Assembly: GCA_009103225.1 (NCBI GenBank)
Contig: RHPI01002533.1
Location: 1,047,842 to 1,111,841 of the forward strand
Reading direction: 5' to 3'
Source of the DNA: Chlorokybus atmophyticus
Lineage: Eukaryota > Plantae > Mesostigma and Chlorokybus algae
DNA length: 64,000 bases
Part shown: positions 51,851 to 64,000 of the stretch, in pieces
Numbering within the stretch: the first letter of the stretch is position 1
How the letters are laid out: each line of letters opens with the position of its first letter
Made by a program: the position numbers and the translations under genes
The notes under the pieces: model-generated
Database searches by the model: none
What the model was told of the DNA's origin: nothing
The model's input: the letters and a program-made list of their open reading frames with translations, nothing else

Positions 51851-54800
51851 GGGGAAATTGCGTGTAGCTGAGTTGCTGATCCCAAACGATGCTTTGGCAG
51901 AGTGGTACCGCCGTAAGCAACGGGATACCAACCTCGGGCGGGAAGTAAATCAGTTGTGCTTTTTCATGGAGCAGCGCTATGGTGGCGCAGATCCTGCCCA
52001 GGTTGCTCGCAACCAGCTGCACAACCTGCGTCAGAACGGGCGTCCGGTTCAGCAGTATATCCAGGATTTTCAGTCGTTTGTCAGCAAGATCAATGCTGGC
52101 AAACTACCTATCAGTGATGCTGATCAGCTGGATATGTTCAGGCGTGGCTTGGACACAGATCTCGTGCAGCATGTGGCCGTCAACCCCGCGAGTTTGCAAG
52201 AGTGGGCCTCGACGGATTTACCAATGCTGATGCAGATGGTTGCTGCTGTGGACAGTGTAAAACGCTCTCACGCCAACATGCAAACCACGGCAAAAGAGGC
52301 AGCCCCGGTTTCAGCTGCAAAGCGCCCGGCCACTGGCAACAAACCTTTTGTGAAAAAGGCGAAACCATCTCATCCTGCTGGCCCCTACAATGCGGCCAAA
52401 TCCATCATCACTTGCAGTTTCTGCAAGAAGATAGGTCATGGGGAGGCTACGTGCTATGCAAAACAGAATGCACAGAAGGCCAAGCAGCAGAGAGACAAGA
52501 AATAGGAATTGTCCGTGGTTGGTAGCTTAGTCGAGCAGAACGACTTTAAAAACTCTGTACTTCTTGATAAAGTTTCCTCTCTTTGTGATGTATCAGATGT
52601 ATGGACTGATATGAGCACACCACCTGTGTTGATAATCAATGTTCCAAACGATTGTGTTTTAATCAATGTTCCATTCTCTGACTTAGTAACTGCTGTTACG
52701 CACTTACACAAGTTGCAATTACAACATGCTGTCACTGCATGTGTAGTTATCCCTCGATATCATGGCCCGTGGTCACGATTGTTGAAAGGGGGAGAAGTAA
52801 TCATGCAACTCTCACGCAAAGATACAGGAGCTTCACCATTGCAAGTGATCTTGATCAAGTCTGCTACCAATCACGGCACTCCAACATTAGCTACATTTGA
52901 TGGTCACTCAGTGCCACTCAAATGGAGATTTGAGAGTCAACTTATGAATACACCATGTACAGCATTGATTGATACTGGTGCAAACCATAACTTTGTTGAA
53001 TATGCTTGGGTGAAACGTAATAACATTCCTTTCACACCCGTCACGTCATATGTACGTGCTGCTGGTTCCACTCTCAATGCAATGGGAGAGGTAAAAGAGC
53101 GTTTTGTTATTAATGGCCATATAACCCGACCAGCCTTCATCGTGGTGGATATGAATATCCCCGGGGTGGATGTTGTTTTAGGGGAACAATGGCACACTGA
53201 AGCAGGTTTACAATTAGACTCTCGAGCCAATACGTGCACCCTTCGTAAAGGGAAACGTAGGATGACTTTAACAGCATCTGTACTCGCACGTATACCACGC
53301 GATAATGTTCCGCTCCTCTCTGCTATGCAATTGAAACGTTGCATGCGTAAACGTGAGGACGTATACTTACTGCACTTACGACAGGTGGAAACACCTGCTG
53401 AACAGGCTATCAGTGACCCTGTGGTGCAGTCACTTACGGAACAATACGCAGATGTATTTCAGGATGAACTCCCAGAGTTGCCTCCCGATCGAAACATACA
53501 TCATACCATTCCGTTAGAGGAGGGGGCAAAGCCACCTTGGCGGCCTATATACAGGCTAAGTCCCTTAGAACACGCGGAGATGGAAAAACAGCTCAAAGAG
53601 TTATTGGACAAAGGTTTAATAACAAAGAGCATATCTCCTTTTGGTGCACCAATTTTGTTTGTGCCCAAAAAGAATGGCAAGCTACGCATGTGTATTGATT
53701 ACCGTGCGTTGAACAAGGTCACTGTGAAAAACAGATACCCTTTGCCTCGGATTGATGATTTGTTTGATAAGCTGTCAGGTGCAACAGTGTTCAGCACGCT
53801 GGATTTGACCAGTGGTTATCATCAAATCAAAATCCACCCGTCGGATATACAAAAAACTGCATTTCGCACCCCACTAGGACACTTTGAGTATAAAGTGTTA
53901 CCATTTGGGTTAACAAATGCACCGGCTACATTTCAGACAGCAATGAACGCGGTATTTGCTGATGAATTGTACAAGTTTGTACTGGTATATCTAGACGACA
54001 TTATTGTGTTCAGCAAAACCCGGGAGGACCACCACAAACATGTGGAATTGGTTCTAGCTAGATTACGCGAACACAAATTCTATGCCAACCTGTCCAAATG
54101 CAACTTTGCAAAGGATGAACTACCCTTGTTAGGGCATGTGATTGGCAAAGAAGGATTGAAATCAGATCCTCAAAAGGTGTGTGCGGTAAAGGATTGGCCA
54201 CCACCCAAGGATGTACATCAGTTACGTGCTTTCTTGGGGCTAGCCAATTATTTCCGCAAGTTCATGCGAGCATATTCTGGCATGGCAAATCCTTTAACAT
54301 CTTTACTAAGAAAAGATGTTAAATTTGTGTGGACGGAGGCACACGAGGTTGCTTTTACACGCATTAAAGATGCATTAACACAAGCCCCTGTGTTAGCCTT
54401 CCCCGACCACACCAAGCCTTTTGTGGTGATCAATGATGCTTCCACCATTGGGTGTGGGGCAGTCCTTCTACAAGATGACAGACCATGTGCATATGAAAGC
54501 AGAAAGTTCATTCCTGCTGAACGTAATTACATAACCACTGAGCAGGAATTGCTCGGGGTGGTGCACGCGCTGCGCACATGGCGTTGCTACTTGGAAGGGG
54601 TGGAGTTTTCAGTGATTACTGATCACAACCCGCTCACATTCTTTCATACGCAACAAAATCTGTCGAGGCGGCAAGCTAGGTGGAATGAATTCATTTCTTG
54701 TTTCACTTTCACTTGGCAATACCGTCCGGGTCGCACCAATGTGGCGGATCCACTAAGTCGCAGCCCCGCTCTTTTGGCACTTACGCGCTCTTGAAGTACG

Positions 54801-56916
54801 CGTAATGTACAACAGCCTGAAGATCCTTTCTTAAAAGAAGTGTCCACAGGTTATAACTCAAATGATTGGTTTAGCAGTCAAACCAACTTGCAACAGCTTA
54901 CTGCTGTTAGCAATCTGTGGTATAAAGGGGAGCAGTTGGCAATTCCCAACTCGGGCGACTTGCGTAAGCAATGCTTACATTCAGTGCATGACCCGCCGTA
55001 TGCTGGGCATTTGGGGAAACACAAAACACTCAAATCTGCGCAACAGTTATACTGGTGGCCGTCAATGTCAGCTGACGTGGATCAATATGTTCGCACATGT
55101 GACGTGTGTCAGCGTAATAAGCCACTACGACAAAAACAAGCGGGATTGCTTAAACCATTGGCAATTCCAGCACAAAAGTGGGATAGTGTCAGTATGGATT
55201 TGATTACTGACCTACCTGAAACAGCAGCTAAATACACTGCTATTGTGGTTTTTGTCGACCGTTTGACTAAAATGGTGCATTTTGCCCCGTGTTGCACAAC
55301 TGTAAGTGCACGGGACTTGGCACACTTATTTGTGTCCACGGTCTTTCGCGTTCACGGTATACCGCGTGAACTTGTTACAGATTGTGATCCTCGTTTTGTC
55401 TCAAAGGTTTGGCGAGAAGTCTGTGAATTGTTGTGGGTAAAACAAAGCATGTCGACTGCTTTCCACCCGCAAACGGACGGTCAAACTGAGCGAGCAAATC
55501 AAATACTGGAAGAAATGCTTCGCCACTATGTGGCTCCTAATCATGCTGATTGGGACAGGTACTTGCCAATGGCAGAGTTCGCTGTGAACAACGCGTGGCA
55601 AGAAAGTGTAAAGGAAACCCCATTTTTCTTAAATTATGGGATTCGCCCAAACACACCAGCGTCATTGCGTGTACCTCGCAATGCCCTGACTGTGCCAGCG
55701 GCAAAGGAATTTGCCACTAATATGCAAGAAAATTTGGCTCGAGCCAAGCTGTGTCTGTCAGAAGCACAGGACAGGCAAAAAGCTTATGCTGATACACATC
55801 GAAAAATGGCCACTTTCGATGTCAGCGATAAAGTTTTGCTTAATGCAAAAAACATAACCATCAAAGGTACGGGTGCTCGCAAGTTGCTGCCCCGATGGTT
55901 AGGTCCTTTCTCTATCACTGATAGAGTTGGTACGCACGCTTATCGACTGCAATTGCCCCCAAGTGTGCGTATACACAACGTGTTCCATGTGAACTTGTTG
56001 AAACCTTACCGCTCAGACGGTAGAACACAGCCTCCACCACCGCCAGTTGAGGTGGACAGCGAGCTCGAATACGAGGTGGAAGCTATATTGAACCATAAGC
56101 TAAATGGTCGAGGACGCGCAACTCGCTATTTGGTGAAATGGAAAGGGTATGGCCCGGAACATAACAGTTGGGAGCCCGACAGGCATCTTACGCACTGCCG
56201 CGAGTTGCTTCGAGCTTATTGGGATTCATCTCCCGTCCCATAAACTGTGGGCTTGGTTTTATGACAGACTGGCAGTGCAGTTTCATTACCACCCTGTCAT
56301 TTCCTGCTATCTCACTGGTTATAATTACTCGAAATCAAGCCTGATCAACTTGAGTTCAACGAGGACGTTGAAAACCTAAGTGGGGGGGAATGTAACGGGA
56401 GCAATAATAATAGGGGTATTATTGCTACCTAAATAACACATTTTGTATGAATAAGTATTTAAGTATGCTTATTTATACCTCTTTTCTACGGTTCCTCGCT
56501 TATCAAAGGCTATGATGCTTTATCATAGCTTAAATAAGTCCCAATGGGTGTAGAACCGCTTATTCAAGCCTATTTAGTGTCACATTTGATATAATGTGAT
56601 AACTATCTCGTTAGGTACCTTACGATAGGTATTTTTGGATAGGTACCTTATCGATAGGTACCTTATCTGAGCTGTGATTGGCTCACGCTAGATTTCCTAA
56701 CTACCCTATCTGTAGGGTCGATGTCTAGTTGTGAGTTAATTATCGAGAGGTATATAGTTGATATACTCTTGATATAAAAGGTCACATCAATCTGATGTGG
56801 GGACTTTCAGTTCTCTGCTCAGTGGCGGCCACGCCGTTGAAAGGCTTGTCATAGGCGGTGTGGGTGTTGGGGTAGAGGATTGAAGGGGCATCACCGGCGA
56901 CGGTGGTGCTGTTACA
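51851..56916 (+). mobile_element. Family A chromovirus copy A3 (5' part in gap; pol nonsense mutation)
   Basis: gag 3' half to TAG 52503-52505; pol 52506-56243 with TGA at 54792-54794; PPT; 3' LTR 56391-56916 followed by CCAGG. Confidence 0.95.
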
Positions 56917-57525
56917 CCAGGGCTAGAGGTTAGCCTATTCTCTGTGCGCATCGCGGCGAGAGTTGGTGCTGTGACAGTGTTTAGTGGGGACATAGGAAGG
57001 GTAGTGCTGCGTGGTGTCTCAGAGTTGGTTGGCATCAACGTTGGAGGGCTCCACATCATTAAGGAGGTCAAGGGTGCGGAGATGCACAAGAAGACCAAGG
57101 TGGAGGTGTCCAAGTCAGCACCGGTTGTGAAGAAGATGACGAAGAAGGCCAAGGTCGAGCCCGTTACTCATAAGGGAGCGGGAGCTCAAGAGAAGGTGAC
57201 GAAGAGCGTGTCACATGCGAGTGGTGGAGTGATTCCATGTGTGGAGGTTGCTGGTGGTGTCAAGAAGGCTGAAGGTGCAGTTCCGGAGCCCGTGGGAGCC
57301 AAAGGAGGCGTTGGCATTAGCAAGGACAAGAAGGAGAAGCATGGTGGTGGTGGTGTGCAGGACGTTGCCGAGAGTGAGCACGTGGGAGCACATGCAAATG
57401 ACCATGAGAGTTGCAATAAGGGTGTGCAAGTGAAGAGCTTCAAGGAGGCGCTCATGAGAGGTGCGGGAAGTGTTTTCAAGATGGTTGGAAGAGCAAAGGA
57501 TGGCGTGGGAGTTCATCGCGCATAA
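56917..57525 (+). CDS. Continuation of the Copia ORF after the insertion: end of protease region plus Lys/Val/Gly-rich tail
   Basis: Removing the insertion and one CCAGG gives EVLYVPG|LEVSLFSV, the Copia consensus; in frame to TAA at 57523-57525. Confidence 0.8.
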   Translation, partial: PGLEVSLFSVRIAARVGAVTVFSGDIGRVVLRGVSELVGINVGGLHIIKEVKGAEMHKKTKVEVSKSAPVVKKMTKKAKVEPVTHKGAGAQEKVTKSVSHASGGVIPCVEVAGGVKKAEGAVPEPVGAKGGVGISKDKKEKHGGGGVQDVAESEHVGAHANDHESCNKGVQVKSFKEALMRGAGSVFKMVGRAKDGVGVHRA

Positions 57526-58048
57526 GTACGCAAGGAGTTGGCATCGAAGGTGTTAAAGGCCAAGCTGCCCGCGTGGGAGTGTTGAGGATATTCTTGTGTC
57601 CGGTCAGCTTGCCATGTGGATAAGAATAGCCGCGAGAAGATTCAGGCGCGAGAAGGTTCCAGTCAAGAAAGGTCCAGGCGAGGACTTCAGTCGAGAAGGT
57701 TTCAGGCGCGGAGTCAAGTCCGGAGTCTGGAGACCTCCAGGCGCTGTAGAAGAAACGTTGTAGCTCGGTGGTTACGTTATTGTATGGCGCGTGTCATAGC
57801 TTGTTGGTTAGCTCTTGAAAGTACCTACGTGGTGCAACTTAGAGCGCAGGAACCGGTTGAGTGTAGAAGTCGTGGTGGCTTCTAGAGTAGACAGGTGCAG
57901 AACTGGCGGGTATAAAAGCCCGCGGTATGACTTTGTTGTAATCCTTAAAAAGCCTTTTGGATCAGCCTTGTGTGTATGCTCTGGTAGAGTGTGTGTACTT
58001 GTGCTTGTACCAACTCCATGCATGGTCAGTAGTGTCCGAATCTCAACA

Positions 58049-61000
58049 CCCCGGTGATGGAGAGCACCCACGCCGCAACAACCATGGTCGTTGGGTTCGT
58101 AAGTGGTGAATCCACCACTCCTGCCTCCATCGAAGCGACCACATCGGCCGCAACTGCTGCCACCCTCACAGCCGCCACCTCAGTAACGACGACTGCTGCC
58201 GGTGCCACCACCATCGCCTCCGGTATTGCTGCCATACCCACTGCACCACTTCCTGAGGTTCGAACGGCACCGCCACCAGCGCTGGACGTCACACAGCAAG
58301 TGCCACGCGGGCCACAAGCAGAACGCGCCTGGGCGTCGTTTTTACGCAACGTGGAGCCCACCACCATTGCGTACGGACCAGGGGGGCAACGCACCACGCG
58401 CGTGGCACGCGATGATCGCATCTTGCCCCTACCACCTCCAGAGTACCACACGCTGCCGGAACCCACACAACAGCAGCTGGAGGATGAAATCCTCGCCGGC
58501 ACTGCACCAGAGATGAGGGAGCGTCTCTTCAGGTTCACCTACCGGCGACCTGCAGTATTGGAGCTGGCCATCCAGTTGTTCCTGGCATTACACGCACGAT
58601 TGCAGGGCGCACCCAGTTAAACGCGGCAACCCATGCCCGCTCAACAGATCGACTTCGAGCCCTCGCCACTGGACCCACTCGACCTCCAGCGCCACAAAAT
58701 ACAAGACCTCGCGGTCACCATGTCTGACATCGCGTTGGGCGCTGATCCCGCTCTCCGGGGGCTCACTCCAGGCAGTCGTCAAGAGCGTTTCTCTGCCCTC
58801 AAACAGGCCCATCGTTATCGAGTGGACCAAGCTGCTCAAGTGGACGCGCGCCAACAGGCGTACGAAGCAGCACACGCCGTTATCGTACCAACCGTAGCGC
58901 CGGCAAATGTTGCCAGCGGCTCCACGGCGCTGACCACAACGTACTCCACAGCAGTCGCCGTCGAACAGCCAAGGCAAGCAATTGTTGCAGACCAAGCGAG
59001 GGCGTTGGCGCAACAATTGAGGGGGGTAATCGCCCCGCTGCTGCCTCCTTTGGTCGAAGACATGCCTGAGGATCAACGCGATGCAGGGCGAGGGTACCTC
59101 ACCCCGCAAGGGGACACCACACAACGAGGAGGAGCTGGTATGGTGGGGGAGCAACAACTCCGTACCGCACTCATCCGGCAAGCAGTCATGTTGCACAGGC
59201 CTGAGGGCAACACGTTAAGACAAATGATGGGGATGCAAGAGGGCAGCGCCGCACGAGCTCGTCTCGTGGCATGGCTCGTTGCCAATCACCCTGCTGTCCC
59301 CCTGTTCGCCTTTGGCAACCGAGCATTATGGTTGGGGGCATTCGTTCGTTCGCTGCGACAAGCATATGACGAGGCTGCCACCACAGCCCCGGACACGCTG
59401 GAGGGAGTGCAAGAGGCAATGCTGCGGCTGCCAGGGATGGAAGCCGCACGGCAACGGCGGCGCATTGTCATTGCGTATGAGCTACACGCATAGCAGACTG
59501 ACCTCCAGCGCACCCTACGCGCGCGCGCGCCATGACCGTGCTCGATGTGGGAGTGGTACAAGGAAGGTGGGATGCCTACATGGCAGGGATCTTGCGAGTC
59601 CCCACCATCACTCACGACATGCGGCGACAGCTACTACGCGCCGTATACCTGCAGCCCATGCCTCATTATTATCATTGGACCGACACGGACATCGAGCCCA
59701 CGGCCACGTGGGAAGGGACATTGGTCAGAGAAGCGGCTCATGCTGTCCGATGGACGTACGCCGCGGAGCAAGCTGAACACGAGGCAGGCCCACAAACACC
59801 GGGTCCGCCAGGGTTTCCTCCACAGCCATTGGGTACACCCGCGGGCATGATTCCAGCTTCGCAGAGGCGGCATCCACCTGCGCCGCCACCACAACCAGCG
59901 CCGGAACCTCCAGCACCGAGGCCCCCCCGTGTCTACCAACCACCACGACAAGGTCGGTTCGGCAAAGGGAGAGGGCAAGGCCGGGGTTCTCCGGACCCAG
60001 CAGGCAGAGGAGTTCTGGCTGCCATGCGCTCAGCACCCCCAGCTGAGAGAACTGAGTCAGAGGTGCAGACAACTCGTATGAAGAGGCTGCGTATTGACGC
60101 CAATGCTGCCATGGTGGCCAACCAAGGCAAGCACGTTACCATCAACGGCCTGGCACCCAAGCGAGTAATGTTGGACACCGGAGCACAGCCTGTAATCATC
60201 GGGCGCTTCCTCGCGCGGTCCCTCGGCATAACCAGCTCGGACTTGGTGCCTTGCCCGTACGTGTTAGACACTGCCACAGGTAGCCGAGATAAGGTGATGG
60301 GAGTCACCAGGGAGGCCTTTTGCATTCGGTTGACAGGGCTGGACCCAACCCACACGACCGAGATCGTCCAGCAATGTGTGGTCACCAATGCCGGCTCCTT
60401 CGACTTTCTGCTTGGGCAGGACTTCAACTTCCCTGTGGGCATGGGCCTCGACTGCTGGACAGAGCGAGCATGGTTTCGGCCACATTGGGATGAGGATGAC
60501 GGAGAGGTGCAGGGTTTCCTGCCTTCCGAGTTGGTCTCGCGCACGCGCGCCCAACGCAAAATGGCTGCCATGGCCACACGCAGCCACGCCCGCACCCGGA
60601 AGGCTGCAATGGCTACATACGACGGCGCTCGGACGCAAGTCACTGCTGGTGCCACGGCCCCATGTCGAACCGTCGACTTGTCTCCCACCCCGTACAACGA
60701 AGAGCAGGAGGATGCCACCGTGGAAGTAGCATTACAAGACCCAGCTGAACGGCGCTGGCGCGCACAGGTGGATGCGCACGTCTTGCTCAGCCATCCACTG
60801 ATCACCATGCGCTTCCCCAACTACCGAAGCCACATCAAGGTGCAGGACCACCATATGGTGGCCACCGGAGTGGTGGAGTTCCACACCTTTCGCAGGCAAC
60901 AAGGCATCACAGTGTTGGAGCTGTTTGTAGGCATTGGCAGCGGTCTTGCTGCGGTCCTTAACACGGGCGTGAAGGTTGTCAAATACTATTACTGCGACCT

Positions 61001-64000
61001 AGACTCACACGCGCAAACGGTCCTCAAACACCACTTACGCCAACTACACGCCAGGTATCCACGTCAACTACCCCCCTCGGCGCTGCAAGGCAGCTCCAAA
61101 GCATTGCCACAAGACATCCGGCTGATCACTGAAGATCACCTACTGTCCCTCGGCAACGTCGACCTGTTAGTAGCTGGATGGGAATGCCAAGGGCACTCCA
61201 GGGCAGGCAAGGGGCAAGGCCTCGAAAACCCTCGCTCTGGGCTGTTTCGGGAGCTGATGAGAATCATCCACCTCCTTCAACACCACCAGATCTCCAGACC
61301 CCTGGGGTACGTCATCAAAAATGTGCATTCAGAGGACAACAAGCGTCCGCACGTGGCCTCCAGCTACCGACAAGTTTGCTCCATTCTGGGGCACCCACTC
61401 AAGGTGAACGCGGCACGACATGGCTCGCGCGCACATCGTGTACGTGCCAAATGGACAAACTTGGCCACCGTGGAGGAACTCATGATCGCCGAATACACAC
61501 GCAGCGCTCGGCCGCGCAACCTGCTGGTCGATGACATCCTTGACCCCGGCCGCACAGCCCAACCTGTCCTGCATCATGACCACAACCACTTCTACCCGTG
61601 CAATCAGCCCGGTCAGCCCCGTCGCGCACTCCCTACATTGGTGTCCTACCCGGGCTCCTATGCATTTCGGAACGGTGGTGACGGGATGGTGTTCGATGCG
61701 ACCACCAACAGGCTGGAAGAACCCAACGCACGCGAACGTGAACGCGCCATGGGATTCTTCCCCAACAGCATCACGGGCTCATCGCTGACAGATAGTCAGC
61801 AATGCCAGCTGCTTGGTCGTGCCATGGACCAGAACAGCATGGTATGGCTGCTGGAGCTGAGCTTCGCATTGCAGGACCGCCACGTGTCCTTCGAGGATCT
61901 CGAGCACTTGGCTGGGGGGTGGGCTGATCGCGTAGCCGACATCAAGGCAGCTCACACAGCCCTCGAGGTGATCCACATGGAGGAGCAAGCAGCAGTGACA
62001 GTGGAGGACATTCCTGTGGTTGCCAATGCCACCTCCAGGGACCATGCCATTGGCCCGTTGGCCACAGAAGACACTCGAAAGAAGCTGGGGGCTCTCCTCA
62101 AAAAATGGAGGAGCCAATTCAGCTTCAATGTGAAGGAATTGGGTACATGCTCAGTGTACCAGATGGACATCGAGCTGGTGGACACTGAGCCGATGTTCCG
62201 ACGGCAATACAGGCTCTCCAAGTTGGAAGAAGACTTGGTGGAACAGAGATGTAAGGCGCTGCTTGATGATGCAGACCTTATCGAAGAGTCCACATCGGAC
62301 TTCGCAGCAGCAACCGTCATCCCAGAAGGATTCTGAAGAAGGATTCAGCAGGCAACTGGACAGAGGGACGCATGTGTGGCGACAATCGCCCCCTCAACAA
62401 CAAGACCAAGCAAGACCGGTACCCCATGCCCACAGCAGAGGGTATTTTTGATGATGTGGGAGACTGCACAGTCTTCAACATCCTGGACATGCGTCAGGGG
62501 TACAACCAAATCGCCATCAAGGACGAGGACAAGCACAAGACCTCCTTCTTGGGCAACCGACAGTTGTACCAATGGAAGGTAATGCCGTTCGGGCTGAAGA
62601 ATGCCCTCGCCAAGTTTCAACGCGTCATGGACAAAGCCTTGAAGGGGCTGGACTGCGCGCGGTGCTACATCGATGACATCCTCATCTTCAGCCGCAGCAA
62701 CGAGGAGCATCTTCAGCACATCGAAGCAGTGCTTGAACGACTCAATGGAGTGGGGATGACCGTACACCCCGACAAGTGTACCTTCTTCACCCACAAGGTG
62801 CCGTACTTAGGGCACATGATTGTGCCCAATGGTGTGTATGTGCAGCAGGCAAAAGTAGAGGCTCTGGCAGCTATCCCTGCCCGACAGACCTCACACGTCT
62901 GCGCGCTTTTTTGGGACTTGCCAACTACTATCGCCGGTTTGTGAAGGACTTCGCGAAGATCGCAAGGCCCCCCAACGAGCTACTGAAGAAGGAGGTGGAG
63001 TTCGCGTGGAATGAGCCGCAACAGCAGGCCTTCGAGGAGCTGAAGAGCAGGCTCACTAGCGCTCCCATCCTTCAATGTCCGGACTACGCCAAGCCTTTCA
63101 TCCTTCACACCGACTGGAGCAAGCTGGGGATGGGAGCGGTGCTGGTGCAGCACGATGAGAACAAGAAGGAGCGGGGGGTGTCATACGCAAGCCCAAGCAA
63201 CAACAGCGCCGAGGCCAACTACAGCAGCTACGAAAGGGAGTGCCTCGCTGCAGTGTGGGCCATCTCTTTCTTCCGACCTTTCCTCTTTGGTCGACAGTTC
63301 CAACCGATCACCGATCATTAGCCCCTCAAGTGGCTGATGACCAACCAACATCTGACAGGGAAACTTGCTCGATGGGCCCTGTTGTTGCAGGAATACGACT
63401 TCGAGATCGACCACCGCGCTGGCCTCACCAACCAAGACGCCGATGACCTCAGTCGCAACCCTCACCTCAGCACCAACGACGCAACTGGAGCTCGGCATGA
63501 GCTCGTCCCTGCAGCAACAGCCCCCACCATGGCAGCGATGTTTGCTGCTGCCGCGTTGCGCTCAGGGCGCAAGACCAACACCACGGCCTCAGCAGTGGTA
63601 GAGGAGATTCCTGCCCTTGAGTCTACCGACCCTGCGGCAACCACACCCTTGGGAGACGCCCACGCAGCCGATATTGACGTCGATGACACAGAGCTGGCGC
63701 CCACTGACACCAGGCAGGACATATGGTAGGAAAAGCCATCACTCTCCTTTCTTCAAAGTGGCCAGCTTCCCTCCGGCATGAGCGCTCGAGAGAAGGACCG
63801 GGTCAACCAACGCACCCGTCACTATCGATGGGCAGGTGACAAGCTGTATCGCCGCTTCCACGACGAAGACAAGGAAGTGCCGACACCAGTCACGCGCGAG
63901 GGCATCATCACTTCCCTCCACACTGAGCTTGGACACTTCGGTGTCAAGCGTACAGTCAGCCTAGTGAGGGCACAATATTGGTGGTATGGATCAACAAACA
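58049..64000 (+). mobile_element. Degenerate Ty3/Gypsy element E with order Gag-like, PR, C5-DNMT, RT, RH, INT (runs off the window)
   Basis: LDTGAQ protease (about 60170), DNMT motifs 60906-61830, RT with YIDD (62666), RNase H LHTDWS...YERECLAAVW, integrase zinc finger LGHFGVKRT...YWW (about 63925-63990); several frameshifts and stops. Confidence 0.92.
60906..61830 (+). CDS. C5-cytosine DNA methyltransferase domain (DNMT3-like) within the Pol ORF 59532-62336
   Basis: Motif I ELFVGIG; QDI; motif IV DLLVAGWECQGHS; RSGLF; motif VI as KNV; motif VIII HRVRAKWTN; motif IX ERERAMGF; motif X LLGRAMD. Confidence 0.9.

Larger units (their letters stand above)
49080..58048 (+). mobile_element. Ty1/Copia-derived non-autonomous element (Gag plus protease only), interrupted at CCAGG by a TRIM-2/A3 insertion
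   Basis: 469-bp LTRs 49080-49548 and 57580-58048 (about 21 differences); PBS GGTTATGGGCCCA at 49549-49561; PPT-like GCGTGGGAG; no INT, RT or RH; no TSD. Confidence 0.88.

Overview
Eukaryotic genomic scaffold with spliced genes, microsatellite-rich introns, three large N gaps and a 4.7-kb poly-C tract that is probably an artefact. The plant-type UBD gene, iMet-type PBSs and a DNMT-carrying Ty3/Gypsy suggest a green alga or early streptophyte (inference). Most of the window is transposable elements: three near-identical copies of a chromodomain Ty3/Gypsy (family A; two with intact LTRs and TSDs), a decayed pogo/DDE_1 transposon, two TRIM-like mini-LTR families, a Gag-protease-only Copia derivative, a truncated gag, and a Ty3/Gypsy with a C5-cytosine DNA methyltransferase between protease and RT. 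Four host genes were reconstructed by hand from splice sites: a TIGR00027/LCM-type SAM methyltransferase, a myristoylated UBD protein, a PQQ-propeller-like type-I membrane protein and a 4xCBS SDS23/SNF4-like protein. Top leads: (1) both TRIM families have tRNA-type Pol III A and B boxes straddling the LTR/PBS junction, with a T4 terminator in the LTR; (2) two retrotransposon families carry methyltransferase-type cargo, a C5 DNMT in one and a degenerate N6-adenine (Dam-like) domain behind an in-frame amber gag stop in the other; (3) a TRIM array and a family A copy share one 5-bp TSD. All protein-family calls come from motif recognition by eye, not database searches.
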